Numbered from the stretch's first letter, positions 1-12,896 are shown. The stretch is 64,000 nucleotides of DNA from Octopus vulgaris (GCA_951406725.2 OX597838.1:16306001-16370000); one strand, 5' to 3'. The notes: generated from the sequence alone by a model not told the origin. A program made the numbers and translations.

Positions 1-102
1 GTTGGTCAACCAAGTGCAAGATTCCTGTGTGCAACTGGTTGACTTTGGATGGGTGGGGAAACAGACAAACAAAAGTATCTGTGCACACACACACACACAC
101 AC

Positions 103-195
<93 letters not shown>

Positions 196-199
<4 letters not shown>

Positions 200-455
200 T
201 ATAAAATAATAATTTATACCGGTGGTTAGCATGCGTGATAAAAGTCAGAAGACATAAATATTTTTTTATAATATAAGAGTGTATAAAAATTTATACACGA
301 AGAGAAGACTACCAAGTGGACTTCTTACATGTTAAAGAGGACAGACAAATCCCAAACCACAAAAAAACATTTTCATGGCTTGGGATTTGACTGCTCTCTT
401 TAGCATGTATGAAATCCACAGAGTGGTCTTCTCTTCATGTATAAATTTGTATACA

Positions 456-465
<10 letters not shown>
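196..465. mobile_element. (TA)n-embedded foldback element with ~90 bp imperfect inverted arms
   Basis: Left arm ~272-365 (gagtgtataaaaatttatacacgaagagaagactacc...aaatcccaaacca) is an imperfect reverse complement of ~370-462 (tggcttgggattt...gtggtcttctcttcatgtataaatttgtatacactc); (TA)n on both sides. Confidence 0.7.
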
Positions 466-528
<63 letters not shown>

Positions 529-573
529 AAATGAGATGACAAAGGAATAAACGATTATCAAATGAACTTCATT

Positions 574-654
574 AGCTTACAGCTGTTTCTGCTACAAGAT
601 GCTGTGGACTCATAGTTGAGTGCCTGAGTAACACCTTATAGCTTCATCAGAGCC
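574..654 (-). ncRNA. Type I hammerhead ribozyme motif (Penelope-like) with long stem II
   Basis: Minus strand reads ggct-CTGATGA-a-gctataaggtgtt...agcatcttgtagc-a-GAAA-cagctg-TA-agct: conserved core, 13 bp stem II with G-U pairs, palindromic stem III ACAGCTGT, GUA cleavage triplet, short stem I. Confidence 0.7.
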
Positions 655-797
655 TCAAGTAATCACTTCATTCCGAAGCATGAGTATACTGAGTTCCACA
701 CCAGTTTATCAGTCTCGCAATGCCTAAGCAAAATATCGAAACACAAAACCTCCATCTGAAAGAGTCTAACAACTAACAATAAAAAAAATAAATAAAT

Positions 798-869
<72 letters not shown>

Positions 870-1292
870 GGTGATAAGGATTCAATACAATCAAGGCACA
901 ACAATACTTGGTATGCTGGAATGGCTAGGCACAATAACATGGAGCTCACAGTCAAGTAAACAACATTGAACACATCAAGTGTTGTTAGGATAAGAACCTC
1001 AGTCTCAGAGCTACAGAGAGACAAACAAAAAAGTGTTTGCATATGTATACACACGCACATAATAAAATGAAGGAGAGACAGATGTGTGAGTATAATTTTT
1101 GACACAAATACACACACACCCAGCTGCTACAAACCAGCCCCAACTCTCTAATAAAACAATTACACACACATTTACAGGAGATATTGCTCTATGACAAATC
1201 TTCTGGAGAATTCTTTTGCACAAGACTTTTAAGAATCAAGTGAAGGAAGTGTTTTAAAACCATATCTATATTTTGTATATGCACACACATAC

Positions 1293-1548
1293 ATCATCAT
1301 CATCATCATCATTTAGCGTCCGCTTTCCATGCTAGCATGGATTGGACAGTTCAACTGGGGTCTGGGAAGCCAGAAGGCTGCACCAGGCCCAGTCTGATCT
1401 GGCAATGTTTCTACGGCTGGATGCCCTTCCTAATGCCAACCACTCCATGAGTGTAGTGGGTGCTTTTTACGTGCCACCCGCACAGGTGCCAGACGGAGTG
1501 GGCAAACAGCCACAGACAGATGGTGCTTTTTACGTGCCACCGGCACGA
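1293..1548 (-). mobile_element. Family C repeat: 3' end of RTE-clade LINE with (GAT)n tail
   Basis: Recurring sequence ggtggcacgtaaaaagcacc...gttggcattaggaagggcatccagccgtagaaac...gctagcatggaaagcggacgctaaa(tga)n, found many times in the window. Confidence 0.8.
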
Positions 1549-1576
1549 CATATATATAAATATACGCACTTAAATA

Positions 1577-1611
<35 letters not shown>

Positions 1612-1950
1612 CACATTGTCTTTTACAGTTCTGATTCAATTATGAGATTTTCACTCAATAAAAATTTGTATTTGTATCAAATTAATCATATGTGTGTGTG
1701 TGTACATGTGTGTGTACACGTGTGTGTGGGTGTGTGTACACGTGGGTGTGTGTGTGTGTATATGTGTGTGTGTACACGTGGGTGTGTGTGCACATGTATC
1801 TGAATGTGAGATCATGAGCATATGTGTGTGGGTTGAATATATGTACATGGATACATACACAAAAAAAATATCTGCCACACCCTAATATTGTTAATTATTA
1901 TAATTAGCACTGTCCTCCCATTGAAGACTGGGTCTCTGGAATGATTTGAG

Positions 1951-2061
1951 CTAGATTTCTAACAAATCCTTATCACTTTTATTATTATTCTCCTCCTTGT
2001 CCTCTCTCAAAACATCCAAAGCTCTTTTAATGTTAACGAAAAGAAAAGGCAATTCTTCCTT
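1951..2061 (-). CDS. Candidate terminal coding exon, unknown product (KEELPFLFVNIKRALDVLREDKEENNNKSDKDLLEI*)
   Basis: Acceptor ttatattttgttacag| followed by a 36-codon phase-0 frame in non-repetitive sequence; no homology recognised and no polyA signal found. Confidence 0.25.
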   Translation of the reverse strand, partial: KEELPFLFVNIKRALDVLREDKEENNNKSDKDLLEI

Positions 2062-2200
2062 CTGTAACAAAATATAATGACAGTGCAAGAGAGAGAGGAT
2101 TCAACTATCTCAGCCGTACAGTACTTTATTAATCCACCAACCTATTATGTATAGTCATTCGTTAATCTCACTTATATTGTACTGCATTATGTCATACTCT

Positions 2201-2587
2201 ACTCTTTACTTGTTTCAGTCATTTGGCTGTGGCCATGCTGGAGTACCACCTTTAGTCGAGCAAATCGACCCCCAGAACTTATTCATAGTAAGCCTAGTAC
2301 TTATTCTATCGGTCTCTTTTGCCAAACCACTAAGTTACGGGGACGTAACACACCAGCATCGGTTGTCAAGCAATGTTGGGGGGGACAAACACAGACACAC
2401 AAACATATACACACACGTATATACGATGGGCTTCTTTCAGTTTCCGTCTACCAAATCCACTCACAAGGCTTTGGTCGGCCCGAGGCTATAGTAGAAGACA
2501 CCTGCCCAAGGTGCCACGCAATGGGACTGAACCCAGAACCATGTGGTTGGTAAGCAAGCTACTTACCACACAGCCACTCCTGCACCT
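2201..2587 (-). mobile_element. tRNA-derived SINE, family A (full length)
   Basis: Head GGTGCAGGAGTGGCTGTGTGGTAAG (A-box-like) and GGTTCAGTCCC (B-box-like), internal (TA/TG)n, tail tgactgaaacaagtaaa. Confidence 0.9.
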
Positions 2588-2778
2588 ATTCATACTGTAC
2601 TACATGAATGTCACTTCATTATCCTTATAGCAAATAAAGTTATGACAACTGTCAACCTTCAACAGTCAATGATATATGACCAGTACAAGCCGGATAAGAA
2701 AAGGGTAAAAATATATGAGAAGGGGCCAGAGTAGAATATGTTTCTAGTAGAGGTGCTACATGACTATTCACATCTTAA

Positions 2779-2985
2779 CCCTTTCGTTACCAACCCGGCT
2801 GAAACCGGCCCTGGCTCTGAGTACAAATGTCATGTTTTCATAAGTTCTGAATTAAAATCTTCCACCAAATCTTAGTCACAATTTATGTTCCTAACACTAG
2901 ATTAATGATAACTAAATTCTTTGTTATATTTAAAGTAATTGAAAGAAACACAGAGCATCTCAAAATAAATACAGTAATGAAGGGG
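2779..2985. mobile_element. piggyBac-like MITE, family P1
   Basis: TTAA at 2775-2778 and 2986-2989; termini CCCTTTCGTTAC / GTAATGAAGGGG; a second copy lies inverted at 62483-62702. Confidence 0.8.
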
Positions 2986-3364
2986 TTAAAGTTTAATATT
3001 GTCTTAATACTAAATACATTGAATAAACGCAGGGTAGCCATGTACCTTCTCCAAAGCAAGCCACCACTACTTGTTCCTGGCATAAAATCTCATCTCCACC
3101 CTCTCGAATACACATCCGCATAGACAAAGGGTCTTTTTCTCTGTCACCCTTTTCTTGTTCTCTCCAGTCTTGCAAGTTACTTGGCAACACAACTAGCGTT
3201 GGTGGCACATAAAAAGCCCCCAGGACACACAGTAAAGTAGTTGGTATTAGAGAGGCCAAACACCACAGAAACCACACCAAAGCTGACTTGGAGCATGATG
3301 CATCCTTATGGCTCACCGATTCCTGTCAAACTGTCCAACCCATGCAACTTGGTAAACGGACATT

Positions 3365-3580
3365 ACATGGAACTCCTCTCCCATATTCACTTTGGTAAGT
3401 CTTCAATTCCACATGAGATGCCTTTGCCAATAATATCAGACCAACGTAGCTGAGTGACCTTCATCTCCCATCAGGGAGCAGCAATCTCCAAAGTATAACA
3501 TTTGACAGAGTCTGGTGTTCTACACAATTGCAATGGTCAACAAAGCCTACCCAGTATTGAACAACTAATATACATCTGAA
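3365..3580 (-). mobile_element. Degenerate RTE-like LINE ORF2 3' fragment
   Basis: Minus-strand translation (GFVDHCNCVEHQTLSNVILWR...) resembles the RTE C-terminus at 42496-42732. Confidence 0.4.
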
Positions 3581-3676
3581 ATATCAATATACTTTCCTTG
3601 TATGTTAAGTAATATGCACATCATAAGTTTTAATAAATAATTCTACACCTGTCAAAAGTATACACATTACACATCC

Positions 3677-3715
<39 letters not shown>

Positions 3716-4217
3716 CGGTATACCTAATAGAAGTGGCATTAAATTAAAATTGCAATCTGTCTATCATGCTAAATGTATAAACATGTTAGAAGGCATGAAG
3801 CTGTGGAATCATCTGAGATTAAATCTCTTCATAGACTTCATGCTTTCGAATGATATGTATACATTTAGTATGATACATAAATGACTGTGTGTGAGTGTTT
3901 TTAAATAAAGACACGCCATATATTTCATCCAGTCTTATATATATATATATAATTATATATCTGTTAGTCAGTCAGGAAGGGAGTACTCATGACCTAAACA
4001 GTTCATTTATCTGTCTCCAACAGCTACAACTCATTATCCTACAAATTTCTAACCTTATGCATCTACCGTAAAACAAATTATTATTATTATTATTGTTATT
4101 AATAATAATTATTATAATTAAGGCAGCGAGCTTAATTATAGGTAGATAGATAAGGGGGAGAGAGAGAAATATATACTTTTATTAGAGTTGTTATGCACAC
4201 TCCAGTATTCATCACAA

Positions 4218-4255
4218 TTGTTTAACGAATGGGAACGTGAAATTCTGAGTAGCAG
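4218..4255 (+). ncRNA. Degenerate hammerhead-like motif in a microsatellite-flanked element
   Basis: ttgt-TTAACGA-atgggaacgt-GAAA-ttctgag-TA-gcag: stems can form but the core has two changes from CTGACGA. Confidence 0.35.
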
Positions 4256-4333
4256 CTTTAATAAAAGCATATTACTCTACCTTAGGTATTCGAGCACTAT
4301 TTTTTCCACCTTGTTTTGCATTTATGTGCTTAC

Positions 4334-4366
<33 letters not shown>

Positions 4367-4668
4367 TTTACACGTGCACATACAGACGTACACTGTATAT
4401 ACTCATTCATACACACATACAAAATGTGTCATGTCAACAAATCAAATTTGCTATCAGTGTAGTCCCATCCCTTGAACTGTCCTCAATCCCCTTCACTGCT
4501 GCCCCTTAATATCTTTATCATTTCGATCATCTCCACTCCCTTATCATTAGAGAGCTTTAGACAAACAGGAATGGGGAAAAATGTGAAACGGATTTGCATC
4601 ATTGTAGTTTTTTAAATAGTTTGTATATTTTTTATATACATCATATATAATTTATATATATATATATC

Positions 4669-4702
4669 ATAATGAGGGAGGTTTATTGGCCTCCCTCATT
4701 AT
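4669..4702. repeat. Perfect 13 bp hairpin at the edge of a (TA)n-embedded segment (4667-4766)
   Basis: ataatgagggagg / cctccctcattat with an 8 nt loop. Confidence 0.75.
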
Positions 4703-4761
4703 AATATTAACTGCTCTACATCTTAGAGTGTGCTTCTTCTCCAAATTTATGCATTTCTACA

Positions 4762-4766
<5 letters not shown>

Positions 4767-4834
<68 letters not shown>

Positions 4835-4859
4835 TAAAAGTATATATACATATAAACTC

Positions 4860-4899
<40 letters not shown>

Positions 4900-4931
4900 G
4901 CACACACATGTGTGTATATATATATACACAC

Positions 4932-4969
<38 letters not shown>

Positions 4970-4995
4970 GCACACACATGTGTATATATATATAT

Positions 4996-5038
<43 letters not shown>

Positions 5039-5166
5039 ACATACACATGCATATATATCATCATCATCATCGTTTATGATGATATGTATATATATGCATG
5101 TGTATATATATATATATATACACACACACATGTATACATATACACACACATATATATGCATATATA
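4767..5166. repeat. Compound (TA)n/(CA)n microsatellite
   Basis: Directly visible. Confidence 0.95.
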
Positions 5167-5374
5167 TTCTTTTTTTGGAACAATGAATCTTGAAGCACTC
5201 AATGCTATGAATAATAGTATGTAAATACTGCGTTAAAAATATTGAACAAAAAAAAAAAAATCAAAGGCTGCTCATGTTCCATGAATCCACATTTCCCATA
5301 AAGCTGACAGGCATTCTACCATTGGACAAAAGCAATCCTTTTCACTCCCTCTATTTTAGAGAATTTATTCTTAC

Positions 5375-5449
5375 CAGCGAGAATTGTATGTTGTTGACGT
5401 CATCAACATTGAAACATAAAGAATATATACAGCGATATAACACTGAAAC
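5375..5449 (-). other. Candidate 75 nt internal exon
   Basis: Acceptor tctgcttcag|G and donor CTG|GTAAGA; two frames open (VSVLYRCIYSLCFNVDDVNNIQFSL or FQCYIAVYILYVSMLMTSTTYNSR). Confidence 0.35.
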
Positions 5450-5526
5450 CTGAAGCAGATTTAAAGCTATATAACACTGAAACTCAAATATATACATATA
5501 AAGTTTATGATGTCAACAATGTATAT

Positions 5527-5914
5527 ACTCTCTTTTACTCTTTTACTTGTTTCAGTCATTTGACTGCGGTCATGCTGGAGCACTGCCTTTAGTCGAGCAA
5601 ATCGACCCCAGGACTTATTCTTAGTAAGCCCAGTACTTATTCTATCGGTCTCTTTTGCCGAACCGCTAAGTGACGGGGACGTAAACACACCAGCATCGGT
5701 TGTCAAGCAATGCTAGGGGGACAAACACAGACACACAAACACATATACACACATATATATATACATATATACGACAGGCTTCTTTCAGTTTCTGTCTACC
5801 AAATCCACTCACAAGGCATTGGTCGGCCCGAGGCTATAGTAGAAGACACATGCCCAAGATGCCACGCAGTGGGACTGAACCCGGAACCATGTGGTTGGTT
5901 AGCAAGCTACTTAC
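5527..5914 (-). mobile_element. SINE family A (head slightly truncated)
   Basis: Matches the other family A copies. Confidence 0.9.
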
Positions 5915-5957
5915 ACACACACACACATACACACACACACACACACATTCAGTATAT

Positions 5958-6240
5958 ATCATCATCATTGTTTAGTGTCCGCCTTCCATGCTAGCATGGG
6001 TTGGACGGTTCAATTGGGGTCTGGGAAGCCAGAAGGCTGCACCAGGCCCAGTCTGATCTGGCAATGTTTCTACGGCTGGATGCCCTTCCTCACACCAACC
6101 ACACACATTCACAAACACATCATCATCATCATCATCATCATTTGATGTCAGTTTTCCATGCTGGGCTAGGTTGGATGGTTTGACAGGAGCTGGCAGGTCA
6201 GAAGAATGTGCCAAGTTCTATTGTCTGTTTTGATTTAGTT
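5958..6240 (-). mobile_element. Two adjacent family C (RTE 3' end) fragments
   Basis: (CAT)n followed by ttccatgctagcatgggttggacgg motif, twice. Confidence 0.8.
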
Positions 6241-6246
6241 TCTTAG

Positions 6247-6475
6247 TTCTTTACTACCCACAAGGGGCTAAACACAGAGAGGACAAACAAGGATAGACAA
6301 ACAGATTAAGTCAATTATAACAACCCCAATGCGTAACTGGTACTTATTTAATCGACCCCAAAAGGATGAAAGGCAAAGTCGACCTCGGCGGAATTTGAAC
6401 TCAGAACGTAGCAGCAGACAAAATACTGCTAAGCATTTCGCCCGGCGTGCTAACGTTTCTGTCAGCTCACCATCT
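6247..6475 (-). mobile_element. tRNA-derived SINE, family B
   Basis: GAGCTGACAGAAACGTTAGC head, GAGTTCAAATTCC B-box, core gtcgactttgcctttcatcctttt.gggtcgat...aagtaccag (resembles the Meta-SINE central domain as I recall it), tail gccccttgtgggtagtaaagaa. Confidence 0.9.
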
Positions 6476-6635
6476 TTTGACTTAGTTTCTATGGCTGGAT
6501 GTTCTTCCTAATGCCAAGAACTTTACAGAATGTACTGGGTGCTTTTTATGTGACACCAGCAGCAGTAAGCTCACCAAGTACATAAATACATAGATAAACA
6601 TACAAATGCACATACATATAAGATACACATGCATA

Positions 6636-6685
<50 letters not shown>

Positions 6686-6995
6686 AGGAGTCAAAGGACC
6701 CTGCTAAGCACAGACCATAGTAGCCAAAGCCCATGCAGTAGAACAGCGTCTTCAGGTAGGTCAGTATGAGAAGTACACGTAAGCCTATGCTATCGTAATA
6801 CAAGAGTATTACAAAAGCCTTAGAGTGCCTTTAGTAAATCAGAAGTAGTACACCAAGAGAAGATGAACTAAAGTCAACTTTGCTTTTTAGCCTTTCAGAG
6901 TTGATGAAATTAGTACAAGCTAAGCACTGGAGTCAATGTAATCAACTAGCCCACCCCTATCAAAATTTCAGGCTGTGTGCCTATAAACAGAAAGG

Positions 6996-7031
<36 letters not shown>

Positions 7032-8227
7032 TGCTGCATGGACAACAGCTGAGAGGACATGAGAAGGACAAATTATATAAAGAGTAGGGTTTTCACATGA
7101 TTGATGATGGGAAAAAAAAATGATTAAAAAACGTATACAAGGAAGATGGACATTAAAAGATGATGATGGACTGAAGTGAAACATCCCAATATTGAAGGGA
7201 ACAGCCACCTTGTACCGACCAGGGAGCATATAAATCCCAGATTATTTTGACTACCAAGGGGTAAGGGCCCACACCCAGCCTACTGATAGTAGGCCCAGTC
7301 ACAGGAGTCATTCTTATCACTCTTACTCATCTTTCAGTAAATTCAATGGAAGGCATCACTCGCAGACCACCATAATTTTCTTTGCCTTTTCTATCTAACC
7401 TCATATAACTCTCAAGGGACTTGAAGATAATGAGTGCTTGACTGAAGAGGAAAGAGTTCATTGTTAGTCCGGGGTGGGGGAACAAATATGAAAACATGGA
7501 GATGTTGTCTAGACTCAGGTCATCTCCGGTTAAAAGAACTCCCACAGACCTGCATTTTTATTTTTGTTATCAAACACATTCCTACTATGACTATTTTCAT
7601 GAATATTTTTAGCTGTGAAGATAAAGACAAGTTTGAGAGAAGAGAAACAAGAAGGGCATTTGGAAGTCTAATGTGTCCTTCCTTTTCTAATATGCTACTG
7701 TGTGAGTTACAGAAGATTTGGCTGATATTATTAGCAAGTTTTAAGCAAACATCTCACTGACACTTGGTTGATCAATGTCAAGATGTAAGAAGGCCAGGTA
7801 AAAGACATACAGAACGAAAAAGGAAGGAAACAGCAGAAAAAAGGGGGTGGGGAATGAGAAAAAAGGGAGTTACAAATAAAAAGAAAATAAAGGAGAAATG
7901 GAAAGAAAAAGAGAGAAAGGGAAGAGAAGTAAAGAGAGAGGAAGAATCAAAGGGAAAGATAGAAAAGGAAATAGTGTGAATGGGGAAGAAAGTCAATGAG
8001 ATAAATATGTAAATGTTTGAAGATATTTGTTGGGTGTCGTGTGCCAGACATGAAAGATAAGGGCACTCAAGTGAAAGGGAGGGGACAGTGACAAAGTAGT
8101 AAGGATTAATGAAAATAAATAGGAAAATAGTCAAATCCTCTGATAGTTTACCTTGTGGATTGAGAGTAATGGAGTGAAGAGGGGAGGGGACGAGAAAGGA
8201 GTTGATAATGGTGTACACATGCATATA

Positions 8228-8459
8228 TATTTCTTTATTGCCCACAAGGGGCTAAACATAGAGGGGACAAACAAGGACAGACAAAGGGATTAAGTCAATT
8301 ACATCGACTCCAGTGCGAAACTGGTACTTTATTTATCGACCCCGAAAGGATGAAAGGCAAAGTCGACCTCGGTGGAATTTGAACTCAGAACGTAACGACA
8401 GACGAAATACGGCTACGCATTTCGCCCGGCGTGCTAACGATTCTGCCAGCTTGCCGCCT
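8228..8459 (-). mobile_element. SINE family B with 16 bp TSD
   Basis: TSD tgtacacatgcatata at 8212-8227 and 8460-8475. Confidence 0.95.
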
Positions 8460-9747
8460 TGTACACATGCATATACCCACACACACACACCCCACTGCTA
8501 TATAAACATTCCCATTATTGATACACATCCACAAATTCTCTCAATTAATCTCACAACCAGCCTACAAAGAGGCTTTTTCTATGGTTGATTTACCTTCTAG
8601 AAACAAAACAGCAGCCAAAACCACCCACAAATCCCATCCCACTATCTTAATCTGTTTGATGCAAATCCACTTGAGATTCCATGAGACAAGACAAACTTCC
8701 TGTTTTTAAAGTGAACTAAATTAAAAACCATCCAAAATTTCTTGCTAATCAAAATTTCCTATTCTGAACAACCAATTTAATCATGGTTTCAAATTTTAGC
8801 ACAAGAACATCAATTTCAGTGGAGGGATTAAAGTTGATTACATAGATTCCCCCCCCCCCCCAGTGCTCAACTGGTACTTATTTTATTGGTCCTGGAAGGG
8901 CGAAAAGCAAAGTTGAATAAGGTGGAATTTGAACCCAGAACATAAAGACAAATGAAATGCCACTAAGCATTTTACTCAACATACTAATGATTCTGCCAGT
9001 TCACCACCTTAATAATAATAATAATAATGGTGGTGGTGGTTTCAAATTTTTCCACAAGGGCAGCAATTTTAGGGGAGTGGATGAGTCGATTACATCGTCC
9101 CTAGTGTTCATCGGCCCCGAAAGGCAAAGCTAACCTCGGTAAAATTTGAACTCAGAAGAAGCCAAACACACCATTGCACACACCCTTCCAACCAACCTCA
9201 TAACTGTCTCTGATTCTGAATCTCTCTCTCTCACACACACACACACTCACACACACACATAATTTCTAGTACAACCACCAAGGTACTTCATTTCAAACTG
9301 CTTCAGTCAGCTCAAGTGAAAATAATACCAGTTATAATTGTGGGGAGGTTAACTCTCTAACAGACTGACATCCTGTTCAAGGGTGACATTTTATACTCCT
9401 CACTGAAACGACAACACGGACATCAAGATAGCTTCCACTCTAATGGACCTGTAGACTCAAGACAGACCTTAAATTTATGGTGTGTGTGTGTGTGTGTGTG
9501 TGCATAATAAACAGCAGAATCTTTTATCTTTCACCTGTTCCAATCATTAGACTGCAGCCATGCTGGAGCACTGTCTTGAAGGATATTTAGTTGAATGAAT
9601 CAACCCCAGTCCTGATTTTATTTTTATGCTTAGTACTTATTCTATTGGTCTATTTTGTCGATCTGCTAAGTCACAGGAACATAAACAAGCTGACATTGGC
9701 TTTCAAGTGATAGTAGAGGACAAACAGACACACACATAGATACAGAC

Positions 9748-9798
<51 letters not shown>

Positions 9799-9802
<4 letters not shown>

Positions 9803-10018
9803 CTGTAAAATAATGTTGTGACAATTATTCAATAGCCAAGATAAAACTCTGTGTTTCGAAGAGATAGTGTTGTGGATTTCCACCTCGGCATCCGAAACTC
9901 AGAGTTTTATTTTGGCTATTGAACAATTGTCACATATTATTTTACAGATAAATTTCCTCTATTTACATAATATTGAGGTTTCTTTCTTTCTTTTGTTATC
10001 TTTCCGTTTTTACCAATA
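9799..10018 (+). mobile_element. (TA)n-adjacent inverted-repeat element with truncated hammerhead-like motif
   Basis: ~60 bp inverted arms (ttatctgtaaaataat...aactctgtgtttcg / cgaaactcagagtt...attattttacagataa); same family as 24703-25030. Confidence 0.75.
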
Positions 10019-10019
10019 T

Positions 10020-10390
10020 TAGGAAGGGCATTGGCGTTAGGAAGGGCATCCAGCCGTAGAAACACTGCCAGATCTAACTGGGCCTGATGAGGCCTTCCGG
10101 CTTCACAGACCCCAGTTGAACCATCCAACCCATGTTAGCATGGAAAACGGACGCTAAATGATGATGATGATGATGATGATATATATATATATATATACAC
10201 ATACACACATATATATATAAATGTATGACAGGCTTCTTACAGCTTCCGTCTACCAAATCTACTCACAGGACTTTGGTCAGCCCGAGGCTATAACAGATGA
10301 CACTTGCCCAAGGTGCTATTCAATGGGACTGAACCTGGAACCATGAGGTTGGAAAGCCAACTTCTTACTACACAGTCATACCTGTACCTA
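10020..10390. mobile_element. Family C fragment (+) followed by family A fragment (-)
   Basis: Motif identity to other copies. Confidence 0.8.
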
Positions 10391-10665
10391 CATGACCACA
10401 CCTGCATAAATTTTACATACAATTCATAATTTATCTTTGACAGCTGTTTGAATGGAGTAAAAACATTCTTTGTATAATAATTAACAAAATGTAATTGAAT
10501 CATGATAGGTTATTCATTTCATAAGAACAGAAAGACAAAATAAATCCCGATGAGACGGGCAGCCCATCACATTAATTATGTACATAAATTATATAATTAC
10601 ATAAATGATGATGTTTTCATTCCAATAAAATAGAGGAAGCAGAAATATCAACAATAATATCTTAC

Positions 10666-10730
10666 CATACTTTGCAACAATATGGTAATAAATTATCATT
10701 AATAATGTTGTCACTTTGAAGCTATCACAG
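10666..10730 (-). other. Candidate 65 nt exon
   Basis: Acceptor atttcatttctgtgtcag| and donor ATG|GTAAGA; one frame open (CDSFKVTTLLMIIYYHIVAKY). Confidence 0.35.
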
Positions 10731-10764
10731 CTGACACAGAAATGAAATAGAGTAAGCCCTTAAT

Positions 10765-11125
10765 ATCATCATCATCATCATCATCATGTAGCGTCCGCTT
10801 TCCATGCTAGCATGGGTTGGACGGTTCAACTGGGGTCTGTGAAGCTGGAAGGCTTTGTCAGGCCCAGTCAGATCTGGCAGTGTTTCTACGGCTGGATGCC
10901 CTTCCTAACGCCAACCACTCCTTTGTATCTGAGCTTGTCCTCCCCTAACATCCCTTAAAAGCCGGTGTTGCTGTGTTTATATCTGTCTTTATGTTTTGAG
11001 TTCAAATTCCGCAAAGGTTGACTTTGCTTTTCATCCTTTTGGAGTTGATAAATTAAGTACCAGTGAAACACTGGGGTCGGTGTAATTCCCCAAAATTAAG
11101 GCCTTGTGCCTTTAGTAGAGGGGAT
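10765..11125. mobile_element. Family C fragment (-) and older family B-related fragment (+)
   Basis: Motif identity; the B-related piece runs into the (TTA)n tract. Confidence 0.75.
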
Positions 11126-11184
11126 TATTATTATTATTATGATTATCATTATTATTATTATTGTTATCATTATTATTGTTATCA

Positions 11185-11216
<32 letters not shown>

Positions 11217-11331
11217 GTTATCATTATTATTGTTATTATTATTGTTATCATTGTTATTATTATTGTTGTTGTTATTATTATTATTATTATTGTTATTATT
11301 ATTATTATGATTGTTATTATTATTATTATGA

Positions 11332-11365
<34 letters not shown>

Positions 11366-11366
11366 C
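11124..11366. repeat. Degenerate (TTA)n/(TTG)n microsatellite
   Basis: Directly visible. Confidence 0.95.
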
Positions 11367-11816
11367 ATACTTTCTTTAATCAGGCAGATATGGCAGTTTT
11401 CCTTTGCCTGGTGATGGTAACAAAAGACATTGTCTGATGGACAATGTCTTTCCTCTCTGGCAGAGCCCTAATCAACTTTTTCAAGTTCCACTTGAAAAGA
11501 AAAGTGAGGGTGGAGAGAGAGGTGCTATCCTCAAGTGAATTTATCAAATGTGGGTGAAAATTGCAAAAATGGCAAGAGTGGATGGTATCACTCTAAAACC
11601 TGTGAATTAGAAGAAAGGAGTTGCAAAGGACACATGCCCATGGTATTCAGGGTGATCTTGGATGGTGAGGTTCCTCGATTTGCCCTAGATCCTCCTGGGT
11701 CAGGAGGACCACATCGCTATCATCATCTCCACTTGATTTTTATTTTCATTTTATTTTAGTTTTATCATTATATACTGTGTATGCTTCCCTGCTCTATCTT
11801 ATAGTATACTTTCTAT

Positions 11817-11851
<35 letters not shown>

Positions 11852-11854
<3 letters not shown>

Positions 11855-12040
11855 CCATGATAGATCGCTAGCCACTACACATTCTTTATTTTCTCTCCTT
11901 GTTTCTTTCTGTGTCCCTTTCTGTGGAAGGGAGTAGGCTCGAAACATTAAAGACTTTTTCACTTCCGGAGTGTTATACTAATACATATGTTTGTTGTCTA
12001 CATCACCTGTCTTCACCTATTGCTTTTTTGTGAATTCTCC

Positions 12041-12043
<3 letters not shown>
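11852..12043 (+). mobile_element. (TA)n-embedded short element with variant hammerhead-like motif, copy 1 of 3
   Basis: Homologous to 12893-13080 (-) and 23345-23525 (+); consensus cttt-CTGTRGAA-gagc-gtag-gctc-GAAA-cg-TA-aaag. Confidence 0.7.
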
Positions 12044-12097
<54 letters not shown>

Positions 12098-12184
12098 CTC
12101 ATTTCATTATATGTAAATCTCCACACTTGAGGTCTGTTATTGTATAGTCCCCCTCATCTTTCATTCTTGTAGCAAATAAAAGAA

Positions 12185-12215
<31 letters not shown>

Positions 12216-12780
12216 GTCAGATGGAAAATTTACTGGAAAATTTTTCAAGCCAAACTAAAGACACCTCACAGGACAACTTTCCAAAATGGGAGTAAAGAAT
12301 ACATGCCAGTAAGAGAGGAGCTATCTACAAAATTAATTTGGTCCAAACAAAAGAAATGGTCTTTTAACTTGGCTAAAATCCTTCACAATATTACAGCTGG
12401 TGACGAAGTGACATTTTATGTATAAAATTACGTGCATAGATACACACACACACACACACACACACACACTTAAATGAATAAATAGACACAAATTGAATAC
12501 ATAGTGAATTTTTTTTTCTTTTGTGCATATATTCAAATGTGTGTATGTTTATGCATGTGTGAATGAGCATGTGTGTGCATGTAGCTATATATAAATATGA
12601 ATGATATATATATACACACACACACATGAATGTCATGTATGTATATGTAAACATACAAACTTTTATTTGGAAATGAGTTTGATCGTAGGATATAAATAAA
12701 CATAAATACTCCACATTATGTATTGAGTTCTATTTCTATTATTTCTATAATCTTATACCTACACAAATGCCTACTTACAT

Positions 12781-12819
<39 letters not shown>

Positions 12820-12860
12820 TTCAACCCATGCTAGCATGGAAAACTGATGCTAGATGATGA

Positions 12861-12892
<32 letters not shown>

Positions 12893-12896
<4 letters not shown>

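Noticed and set aside
7327-7545. 72 aa minus-strand ORF as an exon
   Set aside because: In-frame stop just upstream, no good acceptor in frame, no recognisable protein.
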